Below are positions 1 to 10,827 of a stretch of DNA of 32,039 nucleotides, piece after piece (within the stretch, counting starts at the first letter, position 1; every line of letters begins with the position of its first letter). Under the pieces are notes generated by a model. The model was not told the DNA's origin. It saw nothing but the letters and a program-made list of their open reading frames with translations, and made no database searches. This stretch comes from Candidatus Binatia bacterium. Its GTDB lineage: Bacteria > Desulfobacterota > Binatia > HRBIN30. The DNA lies in assembly GCA_038245295.1 (NCBI GenBank), contig JBBRSP010000047.1, positions 1 to 32,039 of the forward strand, read 5' to 3'. Position numbers and translations under genes: made by a program.

Positions 1-1
1 C

Positions 2-610
2 ATCGATCCGACCACCTATGTGCGCACCTGGAAGCTGTGGCTTGATCGCGTCGTGCCGAGCTTTGCCATGGAGATCGTGTCGCAGGATTGGGAGAAGGAC
101 TATCAAGGTGTGCTGCCGCGCTACGACGAGCTCGGGGTGCGGGAGCTGATTGTCTTCGATCCTTGGTACGACGAGCACCACGACGGTGTGCGCTGGCAGG
201 TGTTCCGCCGGGTGGGCAAGCGCGGCCTGGTGCGGGTCGAGGCGAGCAAAAAGGATCGCGTCGGATCGAAGGTCCTCGGTTGCTGGCTACGCAGCGTCGG
301 TGAAGGGCGCAACACACGCGTACGCATCGCCACGGGCGCAAACGGAAGCGAGTTGTTTCCGACGGCCGAAGAGATGGCCGATGCTGAGCGCGCCGCCAAG
401 GAGTACGAGCGCGAAGCTAAGGAACGAGAGCGCGCCGCCAAGGAGCAGGAGTGCGCTGCCAAGGAGCAGGAGTGCGCTGCCAAGGAACAAGAGCGCGTCG
501 CCAAGGAGCAGGAGTGCGCTGCCAAGGAAGCGGCCTTGGCGAGGATCAGTATCCTCGAGGCTGAGCTGGAGTCTCTGCGTCACCCCGCAGAGCGCCGCCG
601 CCGGCGCTGA
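2..610 (+). CDS. Uma2/DUF820-family PD-(D/E)XK nuclease-like protein, 5'-truncated by the window, with C-terminal heptad coiled-coil repeats
   Basis: Frame is open back to the window start (IDPTTYVRTWKLW). Motifs PSFAMEIVSQDWEKDY and RYDELGVRELIVFDP match the Uma2 pattern (P..a.EvvS ... Y...Gv.Ey..fDP). The tail is (ERAAKEQ)-like repeats. Confidence 0.8.
   Translation: MDPTTYVRTWKLWLDRVVPSFAMEIVSQDWEKDYQGVLPRYDELGVRELIVFDPWYDEHHDGVRWQVFRRVGKRGLVRVEASKKDRVGSKVLGCWLRSVGEGRNTRVRIATGANGSELFPTAEEMADAERAAKEYEREAKERERAAKEQECAAKEQECAAKEQERVAKEQECAAKEAALARISILEAELESLRHPAERRRRR
386..532 (+). repeat. 7 x 21-bp in-frame tandem repeat (GAGYGCGCYGCCAAGGARCAG-like) encoding E(R/C)AAKEQ heptads
   Basis: Read directly. 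Units start at 386, 407, 428, 449, 470, 491 and 512. Confidence 0.95.
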
Positions 611-707
611 CCTGGGGCCTGCCCGAACGCGGGCGGGGGCACGGGCAGGGGCTCGCGCGAGGGAGCTAACGACACGACCGTTTCGGCGCGGTCACGCCCG
701 ACGCTTC

Positions 708-1442
708 TTAGAAACCGATCTTGCGCATTACGGCGCGCGGCAGCAGGCGGATGACCAGCATCACCCAACGCCAGATGCCGGGGGCGTAGACCACTGGTGT
801 GCCGCGCTCGATCGCCTTCATGACTGTGCGGGCTACTTCGTCTGGCTCGCCGGCGAATGGTGGCGGCTTGAGTCCTGCCGTCATGCCGGTCTTCACGAAG
901 CCGGGTTTCACGGTGATGGTGCGTAAGCCCTGGCTGCGGAATTTGTGATCCAGTCCTTCGAGGTAGTGCGATAGGCCGGCTTTCGCCGCGCCATAGAGCA
1001 ACACCGGCTTGCGGCCGCGCTCGCCGGCTACGGAACTGAAGACGCACAACGTTCCACCGCCGCGCTCCAGCAGTCGCACGCGGGCGGCTTCGCAGAACAA
1101 CACGGTGTTGGTGAAGTCTGCTGTCAGCAGGTCGCGTGTGTATTGCCAATCGGCTTCGAGGGCTTCCTGCGTGGCGAATAGTCCGGCGCTCAAGACGACG
1201 GTATCGAAGCCGCCGAGGAACGTGTCGGCCTCGCCGAGGGCTTGAGCAAAGGTCGCGCTATCGCTGAGGTCGCAGAAGCCGACGCCGACCGGCGGCGCGC
1301 CGGTGATCTCGAGGTCACGCGCGCAACGTTTGAGATCGTCGAGATCGCGTCCCAGCAGAAACAGCTGCGCCCCACGCTGCGCCATCTCGCGTGCCAGGGC
1401 GCGTCCCATGCCTTTGCTGGCACCGAGAAGTACTGCCTTCAT
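708..1442 (-). CDS. Short-chain dehydrogenase, DprE2-like (polyprenylphosphoryl-2-keto-pentofuranose reductase family)
   Basis: MKAVLLGASKGMG Rossmann motif, FSSVAGERGR, YGAAK catalytic YxxxK, TVKPGFVKTGMT and C-terminal W..VM.VIR.LP. Start overlaps the DprE1-like stop (ATGA, 1439-1442). Confidence 0.8.
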   Translation of the reverse strand: MKAVLLGASKGMGRALAREMAQRGAQLFLLGRDLDDLKRCARDLEITGAPPVGVGFCDLSDSATFAQALGEADTFLGGFDTVVLSAGLFATQEALEADWQYTRDLLTADFTNTVLFCEAARVRLLERGGGTLCVFSSVAGERGRKPVLLYGAAKAGLSHYLEGLDHKFRSQGLRTITVKPGFVKTGMTAGLKPPPFAGEPDEVARTVMKAIERGTPVVYAPGIWRWVMLVIRLLPRAVMRKIGF

Positions 1443-2797
1443 GGTTTGTCCCCCAACAATCGTACCGACTGCGCGCTGCGCAGCGTGTGCTGCGGGTCCC
1501 ACTTGTCGCGTACCGCGGTGAACGCGTCGAGACGCGTCTCCATGGCGCGGAAGTGCTCCGGACGCGTGAACGCGTCCTTGGCGAGGTAGATCCGCCCACC
1601 CGCCGCCATCACGACTTCGTTCAGCGCATCCACAAGCGCCTGTGTGCGCTCGTTGACCGGGACATCAATGGCATACGAAACACCGGCGCGCGGGAACGAC
1701 AACATTCCCTTGCCCTCGGGGCCACAGTCTTTGATCACCGTCAGAACCACCGGGGCTCGGTGCGCGCGCAGCACCTCGAGAAATCGATGGTGCGCCGCCA
1801 TTCCGGCATCCGTCGGCAGAACACATTGATACTGCGTGAAGCCGCGCCGTCCGTAGAAGTTGTTCCAATTGCGCAGGACGTCGAGCGGATAGAAGTTCGA
1901 CTCCGGCGACACGATGCCTGAACCGGGGCGACTGACGTTGTACACGAGCAGATTGAACAGGCGCAGCATCCACGGCCGCATCGCCCAACTGGGAAAGATC
2001 GGCGGCACGGAAATCGGGGCGCGGAATTTCGGCGGCTCCGGCGGCGCTTCGTTTGGTTCGGCCCAGCGCGCTTTCATCAACAAGCCGCGGCCCATGCCCG
2101 GCCCGGAGATGAGCAGGTCCGACCAGGTGACGGTAAACGGCCAATCCTTGCCGGCACGCTCGAGGGCGTTGAGCAATTCCTCCAGCGAAGCGAGCTTCTC
2201 GGTCTCCTGCCACATCCACGGCGATGGAATGCGTCGCATGCGGAATTCGACTTCGAGGATGTGTCCGGTCAGCCCCATCCCGCCAATCGTGGCGCGGAAG
2301 AGCTCGGGCTCGTTTTGGTCGGAGCATTCGATGATGCGGCCGTCGGCGACACGTAGGCGCAAGGCCGTAACGTGTTCGCCGAAACATCCGGCCGAGTGAT
2401 GCATCTTGCCGTGTACATCGGCGGCAACCATGCCGCCCAGGGTGACGAAGTGGGTGCCCGGCGTCACCGGCGTGAACCAGCAGCGCGACAGGAAGGTGCG
2501 ATTGATACGCCACAAAGGACAGCCCGCCTCGGCGCGCAGCAGCCCCGTCGACTCGTCGAACGACAGGAAGCGGTCGGCCAACGGCGTTGCCGCGACGACC
2601 GCGGACTTGGCTGACGGTAGCGAGGCATCGCCATACGAGCGGCCGAGTCCGCGGGTCAGGCTGACGCCCTTTGTAATCGCCTCGAGATCTTCACCCGAGC
2701 GCTCGACGCCTTCGATGATCGGATAGTTGCCCCAGCCGGCGATGGGTGCGCCTACCGCCGCCGGCTTCGTCGGTGTGTCCTTCGTTCTGTCGTTCAC
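1439..2797 (-). CDS. FAD-binding oxidoreductase, DprE1-like (polyprenylphosphoryl-ribose 2'-oxidase family)
   Basis: GWG, RGLGRSYGDA, PVTPGTHFVTLGGMVAADVHGK, FRATIGGMGLTG, FYPLD..W..YG..GFTQYQ, LSFP and GGRIYLAKD are the DprE1 motif series. Confidence 0.88.
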   Translation of the reverse strand: MNDRTKDTPTKPAAVGAPIAGWGNYPIIEGVERSGEDLEAITKGVSLTRGLGRSYGDASLPSAKSAVVAATPLADRFLSFDESTGLLRAEAGCPLWRINRTFLSRCWFTPVTPGTHFVTLGGMVAADVHGKMHHSAGCFGEHVTALRLRVADGRIIECSDQNEPELFRATIGGMGLTGHILEVEFRMRRIPSPWMWQETEKLASLEELLNALERAGKDWPFTVTWSDLLISGPGMGRGLLMKARWAEPNEAPPEPPKFRAPISVPPIFPSWAMRPWMLRLFNLLVYNVSRPGSGIVSPESNFYPLDVLRNWNNFYGRRGFTQYQCVLPTDAGMAAHHRFLEVLRAHRAPVVLTVIKDCGPEGKGMLSFPRAGVSYAIDVPVNERTQALVDALNEVVMAAGGRIYLAKDAFTRPEHFRAMETRLDAFTAVRDKWDPQHTLRSAQSVRLLGDKP

Positions 2798-3729
2798 GGC
2801 TCTTCCTGCCTAGCCAGTTGCAGCGCTCGTTCAACCGTGGGGATGCCGTCGCGGCCGCCGAGCCTGCCGCATTTGAGGGCGGCCGCCGCCGCCGCGAAGC
2901 GCAAGGTCGCCGGAGCCTCCCAGCCTTGCAATAGTCCGTAGATGCAACCGGCGTGGAAGGCATCGCCGGCGCCGGTGCTGTCGACGACCGGCACGCGGTA
3001 CGCCGGCACGTAGTGCTCGACCCCGTCGACAATGGCAAAGGCGCCGCCGGTGCCGAGTGTGACACACGTGAACCACGGTCCACGTTTTGCCGTCGCGCGT
3101 AGGGCTCGTTGCACGTCGGTGATTCCGGTGAGGCGACCGGGAAAGTCGGCGCCGACAATCAATACGTCCGTCAGCGCCAGCAGCTGCTCGATGCCTTCGG
3201 AAGGGTTGTCGATATCCAGAACCGTCCACGTGCCGGCGCGGCGCGCGCACTCAGCCGCCGCCACGGCGCGCGGGATGTCGACGGCGTCCATGAGGAGAAC
3301 CTTGGCGCGCGGCAACAGGTCGAGGGGCAATTCACCGACAGTGAGATGCAACGCCGGTTGCTTCTGCGACATCACCGAACGCTCGCCGGTTACTTCATCG
3401 ACGAGGATCACCGAGACCTGCTGCTCCACATTCGGGCGTCGCACACAGCTGGCGATATCAACCCCTTCGAGCGCCAGGGCGCGGCGAACCAGTTCAGCGC
3501 CGGGGTCGTCGCCGAGCGCCGCCGCGTATGCCGTGGCGCAACCCCAGCGCTGCAAGGCGACGAGCGCCGTGGGCACCTGACCACCGGGCTGCACAGAATA
3601 CGTCGACAGATCCTGTTTCGAGTCGAGGCGCGGCAGACGGCGCACGACACACAGATGGTCGACGCTACTCTGGCCGATGCCGGCAACGTCGATGGCGCGG
3701 TCCTTCCTCAGGCGGGTACGCATGTTCAT
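2794..3729 (-). CDS. PfkB/ribokinase-family carbohydrate kinase
   Basis: N-terminal G...VD, PGG..TA, VTLGTGG and the C-terminal signature VVDSTGAGDAFHAG. Confidence 0.9.
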   Translation of the reverse strand: MNMRTRLRKDRAIDVAGIGQSSVDHLCVVRRLPRLDSKQDLSTYSVQPGGQVPTALVALQRWGCATAYAAALGDDPGAELVRRALALEGVDIASCVRRPNVEQQVSVILVDEVTGERSVMSQKQPALHLTVGELPLDLLPRAKVLLMDAVDIPRAVAAAECARRAGTWTVLDIDNPSEGIEQLLALTDVLIVGADFPGRLTGITDVQRALRATAKRGPWFTCVTLGTGGAFAIVDGVEHYVPAYRVPVVDSTGAGDAFHAGCIYGLLQGWEAPATLRFAAAAAALKCGRLGGRDGIPTVERALQLARQEEP

Positions 3730-4399
3730 CCTTGATCGACGAACCCGATCACCGGGACGTCCAGCGTCGGGCGCTGTTTGCCGGTGCTTTGGAGTCGGAC
3801 GGCAGCCTGGAAGTGGCCGTAGGGCGCATCGTGGCGGATACGCAGGTGAAGACGTTGAGCGGTGGTGCCGCGCGCCGCCGGCCGCACTTGTGCTTCGACG
3901 AACGGATTGTCCGTCGACGCGATACGTACACTCAGGCCGGGCTGCGACAGAAGTTTGGCGTCGAGCACGGCGTCCTGGCCTCGTCGCAGGTGGCCAAGGT
4001 ACATCGATGGCGGGACGACGGCGACCTCGGCGTCGACACGGCCGCGCAAGGCGAGGTTCAGTGTGCGTTGGGTCGGATCGTTGGTGAACACGGCGATCGA
4101 GCGCGTCACTGTGCCGGAGAGGTTGCAGGTGTCGAGCCCGACCTCGAATGTGGCGCTCTCACCAGGCAGAACCCGCGCCGCGGCTGGAGTGGCGCGGATT
4201 CCGCAGCCGCCGCCTGCGAAGTCGAGTTGCAGCGGTAGGCCGCCGGCGTTTCTGACTTCGAAGCGACGACTGACCGCGTTGCAGGCGGCGATGATGCCGA
4301 AATCGGCAGTTGCGTTGCTTACGGCGGCGCGCGGTCCGATGGCGGGCGGCGACTCGGCGCACGCGCAAAGGCCCAGCGTCAGGACCAGGGTGATCAGCT

Positions 4400-4403
<4 letters not shown>
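3726..4403 (-). CDS. Exported or lipid-anchored Ig-like beta-sandwich protein (DUF1573-like)
   Basis: Signal peptide with lipobox-like LCAC. Pattern DFG...F.V.N.G..PL...CG......V.PGES....V..DT....G...R.I.V.TNDP matches DUF1573. Confidence 0.7.
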
Positions 4404-5200
<797 letters not shown>

Positions 5201-5553
5201 GGCGATCCTTTGGGTGCATTGGTCATTGTTTGCCGGCTGCGTAACTACGGGAGGCTGTCTGGCGAGTCAACGACTCGGCGCCCATTCAAACTCGTGAAAC
5301 TCGTCGAGATGCAGCTGATGCAGCGATCGCGAGTGGCAGATTGACCCATTCAGGATGCAAGTCGTGCCGATCGGTGCGGCCGACGCGGTTCTTGCCTTGA
5401 CTTGGCTAGGGGCATCCACTAACTCTCCTCCTCGTCGAGAGTGGTCTAGCTTCACAACGATCGAACCCGCCTGACGGTGGTGACCTGCTCTCGGTCGCGC
5501 AACTTCCCCAACCACGAATTACCGAACACGCATTCAGCAGAGAGGATTCACGT

Positions 5554-7173
5554 ATGGCCGACGAAGCCGTCGGAAAATCGGAGCAGCCCAGTAAACCCGC
5601 GGCCCACAAGGTTCGCCGCCGCCCAGCCGCCGAAGTCGAGCGTGCCAAGGCTGCCGCAGCCGCGGCTGCGGCAGAAGCGGGGGGCGAAACAGCTGTTGCA
5701 CCGGCGGCACCTGCCGAAGCGGCTGAGGCTGTCGAGGTACCGCGCCCGTCCCCGGCCCCTGCTCCTGCCGTGGCTGCGCCGCCCCCTGTTCCGGCGCCGG
5801 CTCCCTCCGCCGCGCCTGCTGCTGCTCCGGCGTCCAATGCCAACAAAGATCAACGGGACGGCAAGGACCAACGGGACAACAAGGACAACAAGGACAACAA
5901 AGACAGTAAGGACAATGAGATTGGCCTCAACCTCAAGCTTCTGAAAGAGAAGAAGATCAACGAGCTGGCCGCCATTGCCAAAAGCTTCAATGTTGAAGGC
6001 GCATCGAACATGCGCAAGCAGGAGCTCATTTTCGCAATCCTGGGGGCGCAGTCGGATCAAGCCGGCAACGTCTACGGTGAGGGCGTGATCGAGATCCTGC
6101 CCGACGGGTTCGGCTTCCTGCGGGCGCCTGATTACAACTACTTGCCCGGTCCGGACGACATCTATGTCTCGCCCAGCCAGATCCGTCGCTTCAACCTGCG
6201 TACCGGCGACGTTGTCTCGGGTCAGATCCGCCCTCCCAAAGAAGGCGAGCGTTACTTCGCACTTCTGAAGGTCGAAACGATCAACTACGAGGAGCCGGAA
6301 AAGGCGCGCGACAAGATCCTGTTCGACAATCTGACGCCGCTTTATCCGAACGATCAGCTCAGGCTGGAGCATGATCCGAACGAGTACACCGGACGCATCA
6401 TCGACCTGTTCACCCCGATCGGCAAAGGCACACGTGGCTTGATCGTCGCGCCGCCGCGCACCGGCAAGACGGTCATGCTGCAGAACATCGCCCGCGGCAT
6501 CGCCCGCAACCACAAGGAAGTGGTGCTGATTGTTCTGTTGATCGATGAACGACCGGAAGAAGTTACCGACATGCAGCGTTCGGTCGAAGGCGAAGTCATC
6601 AGCTCCACCTTTGACGAGCCGCCGACACGCCACGTGCAAGTCGCCGAGATGGTCATCGAGAAGGCCAAGCGCCTGGTCGAGCACGGACGCGACGTCGTCA
6701 TCCTGCTCGACTCGATCACCCGCCTGGCGCGCGCCTACAACACCGTCGTGCCGCCCAGCGGCAAGATCCTCTCCGGTGGTGTTGATTCCAACGCCCTGCA
6801 CAAGCCGAAGAAGTTCCTCGGCGCCGCCCGCAACATTGAAGACGGCGGCAGCTTGACCATCATGGGCACGGCGCTGATCGATACCGGTAGCCGCATGGAT
6901 GAAGTGATTTTCGAAGAGTTCAAGGCGACCGGCAACATGGAAATCCATCTGGATCGCCGGCTGGTCGACAAGCGCATCTTCCCGGCGATCGACATCAATC
7001 GATCGGGCACGCGTAAGGAAGAGCTCCTCCTCGGTAAGGAGAAGCTGGCGCGTGTGTGGATTCTGCGCAAGTTGCTGTCGCAGCTGAATCCGGTCGAGAC
7101 GATGGAGTTCATCGTCGACAAGCTCGAAGACAGCAAGACCAATCAGGATTTCCTGGATTCGATGAACTCGTAG
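5554..7173 (+). CDS. rho: Transcription termination factor Rho with a long low-complexity N-terminal extension
   Basis: [38 protein letters not shown] Walker [26 protein letters not shown] and [18 protein letters not shown] upstream. Confidence 0.99.
   Translation: MADEAVGKSEQPSKPAAHKVRRRPAAEVERAKAAAAAAAAEAGGETAVAPAAPAEAAEAVEVPRPSPAPAPAVAAPPPVPAPAPSAAPAAAPASNANKDQRDGKDQRDNKDNKDNKDSKDNEIGLNLKLLKEKKINELAAIAKSFNVEGASNMRKQELIFAILGAQSDQAGNVYGEGVIEILPDGFGFLRAPDYNYLPGPDDIYVSPSQIRRFNLRTGDVVSGQIRPPKEGERYFALLKVETINYEEPEKARDKILFDNLTPLYPNDQLRLEHDPNEYTGRIIDLFTPIGKGTRGLIVAPPRTGKTVMLQNIARGIARNHKEVVLIVLLIDERPEEVTDMQRSVEGEVISSTFDEPPTRHVQVAEMVIEKAKRLVEHGRDVVILLDSITRLARAYNTVVPPSGKILSGGVDSNALHKPKKFLGAARNIEDGGSLTIMGTALIDTGSRMDEVIFEEFKATGNMEIHLDRRLVDKRIFPAIDINRSGTRKEELLLGKEKLARVWILRKLLSQLNPVETMEFIVDKLEDSKTNQDFLDSMNS
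5845..5916 (+). repeat. In-frame 9-bp repeat tract (AAGGACAAC-like) encoding [24 protein letters not shown] in the Rho extension
   Basis: Read directly from the sequence and its translation. Confidence 0.9.
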
Positions 7174-7236
7174 AGTCAGTTGGTCATTTGGCCGAATGGC
7201 GAGGCGGCCGGCGAACTGAAACTTCTGTCCGGTAAC

Positions 7237-7265
7237 TTGTCACCCATTGCGTGGTTTTGTATGCA
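7237..7265 (+). promoter_or_regulatory. Possible sigma70 promoter for rpsB (TTGTCA-N17-TATGCA)
   Basis: Consensus-like -35 and exact 17-bp spacer, ending 45 bp upstream of the ATG. The -10 lacks its final T. Confidence 0.35.
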
Positions 7266-7310
7266 GGCAGTTCCGACGTTGAGATTTCACCCAGATAGAG
7301 AGAGGTTCGT

Positions 7311-8096
7311 ATGCCAGAAGTGAGTATGAAGCAGCTTCTAGAAGCCGGTGTGCACTTTGGTCACCAGACCAGCCGTTGGAACCCAAAGATGAAGCCCTAC
7401 ATCTTCGGCGCCCGTAACGGCATCTACATCATCGATCTGCAGCGCACCGTGAAGCTGTTCGAGACGGCGTACGCGTTCGTACGTGATCTCTCCGCCCGTG
7501 GCGGCTCACTTCTGTTCGTCGGCACCAAGAAGCAAGCGCAGGACGCGATCCGCGAAGAAGCAGAGCGTTGCGGCATGTTCTACGTCAATACGCGCTGGCT
7601 GGGCGGCACGCTGACCAATTTCCAGACCATCAAGGCAAGCATCGATCGCCTCAAGAAGTGCGAAGAGATGCTCGACGATCCGGCCATGGCGCAAGCCCTG
7701 ACCAAGCGTGAGTTGCTCAACATATCGCGTGAGAAGGACAAGCTCATGCAGTCGTTGGGCGGCATCAAGATGCTCAAGAAGCTGCCGGACGCGCTCTTCG
7801 TCATCGATCCGAAGAAGGAAGAGATCGCGGTCAGGGAAGCGAATAAGCTGCATATCCCGGTGGTCGCGGTGGTTGATACCAACTGCGATCCCGACGTCGT
7901 CGACCACAAGATTCCCGGCAATGACGACGCCATTCGTGCCATCCGCTTGTTCTGTGGCGCCATTGCCGACGCTGCCCTCGAGGGCAAGGCGATCAATGAA
8001 GAGCGCCAGCGCGGACAGGGCGTCGAAGCAGACGCCCCGGCCGAGAAAGTCGAAAAGGTCGAAGCCGAGCCGGTGTCCGAAGGAGCCATTGCATGA
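7311..8096 (+). CDS. rpsB: 30S ribosomal protein S2
   Basis: [48 protein letters not shown] and [11 protein letters not shown]. Confidence 0.99.
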   Translation: MPEVSMKQLLEAGVHFGHQTSRWNPKMKPYIFGARNGIYIIDLQRTVKLFETAYAFVRDLSARGGSLLFVGTKKQAQDAIREEAERCGMFYVNTRWLGGTLTNFQTIKASIDRLKKCEEMLDDPAMAQALTKRELLNISREKDKLMQSLGGIKMLKKLPDALFVIDPKKEEIAVREANKLHIPVVAVVDTNCDPDVVDHKIPGNDDAIRAIRLFCGAIADAALEGKAINEERQRGQGVEADAPAEKVEKVEAEPVSEGAIA

Positions 8097-8707
8097 GTGA
8101 GGTAAGTGCGACGTCGGTGCGCGATCTGCGCGACAAGACCGGCGCCGGAATGTTGGACTGCAAGAAGGCGTTGACCGATAGTGGTGGCGACGTCGACAAG
8201 GCGATTGTCATCCTTCGTGAGAAGGGCCTCGCCGCAGCGCAGAAGAAGTCAGCTCGTAACGCCAGCCAAGGCATGGTGGGCTCGTACATCCATGCCGGCG
8301 GCAAGATCGGCGTGCTGATCGAAGTGAACTGTGAAACCGACTTTGTGGCTCGCACCGATCTGTTTCAGGACATGGTGAAGGACCTGGCGATGCAAGTCGC
8401 CGCCGCCAACCCGCGGTTCGTGCGTCGCGAAGAAGTTCCTGCCGATCTGGTCGAAGCCGAACGCGCCATCTACCGAACCCAGGCCGCGGGCACCGGCAAG
8501 CCGGCGAACGTGATTGAGAAGATCGTTGATGGCAAGGTCGACAAGTTCTTTGCCGATGTCTGTCTACTCGAGCAGCCTTTTATCAAGGAGCCGGGCAAGA
8601 GTGTTGGCCAGTTGGTGACGGATTCGGTCGCACGCATTGGAGAGAACGTCGTGGTGCGCCGCTTCGCCCGCTTCCAACTCGGAGACGCGTCCGAACAGGC
8701 TGAATGA
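8093..8707 (+). CDS. tsf: Elongation factor Ts (short form)
   Basis: [16 protein letters not shown] and [14 protein letters not shown] overlap with rpsB. Confidence 0.99.
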   Translation: MSEVSATSVRDLRDKTGAGMLDCKKALTDSGGDVDKAIVILREKGLAAAQKKSARNASQGMVGSYIHAGGKIGVLIEVNCETDFVARTDLFQDMVKDLAMQVAAANPRFVRREEVPADLVEAERAIYRTQAAGTGKPANVIEKIVDGKVDKFFADVCLLEQPFIKEPGKSVGQLVTDSVARIGENVVVRRFARFQLGDASEQAE

Positions 8708-8715
8708 GCGCCTAA

Positions 8716-9489
8716 GTGCCCGCCGCGAAACCCCGCTCTCGCTCCGCCAAGCCGCGTGCTGCCAAACGAGCCGCGCCTAAGGGGCTGCGTTACCAAAGAG
8801 TGTTGTTGAAGCTGAGCGGTGAGGCGCTAGCACCCGAGGGCGGCTACGGCATCGCTCCCGCCGTCCTGCAACGCATCGCTCTCGAAATCCGCGAAGTTCA
8901 TCTGCTCGGCTGCGAGCTGGCGATTGTCATCGGTGGAGGCAACATCTTCCGAGGCATCGCCGGCAGCGCCCGCGGGATGGACCGCGCCAGCGCCGACTAC
9001 ATGGGCATGCTGGGCACCGTCATCAATGCCCTTGCCCTCCAGGACGCTCTCGAACAATTGGGCGTCATGACGCGTGTTCTCTCGGCGATCGGCATGCAAC
9101 AGATCGCCGAGCCGTACATTCGCCGTCGCGCCACCCGACATCTCGAGAAGGCGCGCGTCGTCATCTTCGGTGCCGGTACCGGCAACCCGTTTTTCACAAC
9201 CGATACGGCAGCCAGTCTGCGCGCCGTCGAGATTGGCGCCGAGATCATCATGAAGGCGACCAACGTCGATGCCATCTACGACAAGGACCCAAAGAAGTTC
9301 CCGGGTGCCAAGCGCTTCACCAAGTTGAGCTACATCGAGTGCCTCAACCGGCACTTGAAAGTCATGGACTCAACTGCCATTTCCCTGTGCATGGACAACA
9401 ACTTACCGATCCTGGTGTTCGACCTGAATCGGCGCGGCAACATCAAGCGCGCCGTCCGGGGAGACTCGATCGGTACAATGGTGAATTGA
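8716..9489 (+). CDS. pyrH: UMP kinase
   Basis: [39 protein letters not shown] and VMDSTA. Basic N-terminal extension, so the exact start is uncertain. Confidence 0.98.
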   Translation: MPAAKPRSRSAKPRAAKRAAPKGLRYQRVLLKLSGEALAPEGGYGIAPAVLQRIALEIREVHLLGCELAIVIGGGNIFRGIAGSARGMDRASADYMGMLGTVINALALQDALEQLGVMTRVLSAIGMQQIAEPYIRRRATRHLEKARVVIFGAGTGNPFFTTDTAASLRAVEIGAEIIMKATNVDAIYDKDPKKFPGAKRFTKLSYIECLNRHLKVMDSTAISLCMDNNLPILVFDLNRRGNIKRAVRGDSIGTMVN

Positions 9490-9496
9490 GAGCACC

Positions 9497-10054
9497 ATGA
9501 CCGACGCGGTCATTGAAGACTTGAAACGCGAGTTGGATGAAACGGTTGTTGCGTTGCGGCACGAGCTGACGCGCGTGCGCACCGGGCGTGCGTCCGTTGG
9601 TCTGCTCGACGGCCTGACGATCGAGTATTACGGCGCCAAGAGTCCCCTCAATCAGGTAGCCAGTCTGTCGGCGCCGGAGCCGCGCATGCTGATCATCCAA
9701 CCGTTTGATCGCAGCGTTCTTGGCGATATCGAACGTGCGATTCACCAATCGGACCTCGGCCTGACGCCCGCCAATGACGGCAAGATCATCCGCGTGCCGA
9801 TTCCAGAGCTGACCGAAGAGCGCCGCAAGAACCTCGTCAAACACGTGCGCAAAATCGGTGAAGACTATCGCGTCTCGGGAAGAAACCACCGGCGCGATGC
9901 GATCGACCTCCTGAAGACTCTGGAAAAGGATAAAGAGATCACCGAGGATGATCTGCGTAAGGCGCAGGAGAAGGTCGAAGAGATGACCAAACACTGCATC
10001 GAACGCCTCGAGCAGGTGCTGAAAGCCAAAGAAGCCGACGTCATGGAGGTCTGA
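9497..10054 (+). CDS. frr: Ribosome recycling factor
   Basis: VRTGRA, YYG..SPLNQVA, DLGLTPANDG and PELTEERRK. Conserved position after pyrH. Confidence 0.98.
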   Translation: MTDAVIEDLKRELDETVVALRHELTRVRTGRASVGLLDGLTIEYYGAKSPLNQVASLSAPEPRMLIIQPFDRSVLGDIERAIHQSDLGLTPANDGKIIRVPIPELTEERRKNLVKHVRKIGEDYRVSGRNHRRDAIDLLKTLEKDKEITEDDLRKAQEKVEEMTKHCIERLEQVLKAKEADVMEV

Positions 10055-10059
10055 GTCGC

Positions 10060-10827
10060 GTGGCCAAGCCACCGTCGCCTGAGCTCGACCTCGAACGCCT
10101 TCCACAACACGTCGCCATCATCATGGATGGCAACGGCCGCTGGGCCAAACGACGTGGACTGAGCCGCGTCGAAGGTCACAAAACCGGTAAGGATTCGGTT
10201 CGTGCCGTCGTCGAATCGAGTCGCCGCATCGGCATCAAGTACCTGAGCCTCTTTGCGTTCTCCACGGAAAATTGGGAGCGCCCGCCTCGCGAAGTGAGCG
10301 CGCTCATGGGTCTGCTGCGCCGCTACCTGCTGAGCGAGCTGCGCAAGATGATGAAGAACGAGATCCGCTTGTTGGCGGCCGGCGATCTGAGCCGACTGCC
10401 AACCGGCGTGCGTGAGGATCTGCAGCGTACGATCCAGCAGACCGCTGGGAATCAGGGCATGACCGTCATCCTGTGCGTCAGTTACGGCGGCCGCGAAGAC
10501 ATCATTGCGGCGGCGCGAGCCTTGGCGCAAGAGGCGCGCGAGGGCAACCTCGATCCGCAGCAGATCGATAGCGCACTGTTCTCCAGCCGCCTCAGCACGG
10601 GCGGCATTCCGGATCCCGATTTGCTGATACGCACGAGCGGCGAGATGCGCATCTCCAACTTCTTCCTGTGGCAGGCCGCGTACTCGGAGATTTATGTGAC
10701 CGACACGTTGTGGCCGGACTTCCGCGAGCCCGAGTACTTCATGGCGCTGGCGGAGTACCAGCGCCGCGAACGCCGTTTCGGGCGCATCACCGATTCCGCC
10801 GAGGAGCAATTGCGTGCTGCGCGCTAG
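10060..10827 (+). CDS. uppS: Undecaprenyl (polyprenyl) diphosphate synthase
   Basis: PQHVAIIMDGNGRWA, FAFSTENWERP, YGGREDI and PDLLIRTSGEMRISNFFLWQAAYSE. Confidence 0.98.
   Translation: MAKPPSPELDLERLPQHVAIIMDGNGRWAKRRGLSRVEGHKTGKDSVRAVVESSRRIGIKYLSLFAFSTENWERPPREVSALMGLLRRYLLSELRKMMKNEIRLLAAGDLSRLPTGVREDLQRTIQQTAGNQGMTVILCVSYGGREDIIAAARALAQEAREGNLDPQQIDSALFSSRLSTGGIPDPDLLIRTSGEMRISNFFLWQAAYSEIYVTDTLWPDFREPEYFMALAEYQRRERRFGRITDSAEEQLRAAR

Noticed and set aside
386..532. 21-bp repeats as a possible CRISPR array
   Set aside because: Units are contiguous with no spacers, lie in frame within a CDS, and no cas genes are present.
5201..5553. Riboswitch or ncRNA in the cyclase-rho spacer
   Set aside because: Only short hairpins and no family motif I recognise. 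An Rfam scan would be needed.
5548..6948. 466-aa antisense ORF over rho (likewise 11592-12692, 20058-21101, 9865-10863 and 24895-26004)
   Set aside because: Shadow ORFs expected from GC-rich codon bias opposite conserved genes. No motifs.
8093..8707. Short EF-Ts as a truncation
   Set aside because: The ~200-aa form is a known natural type, and both termini are intact.
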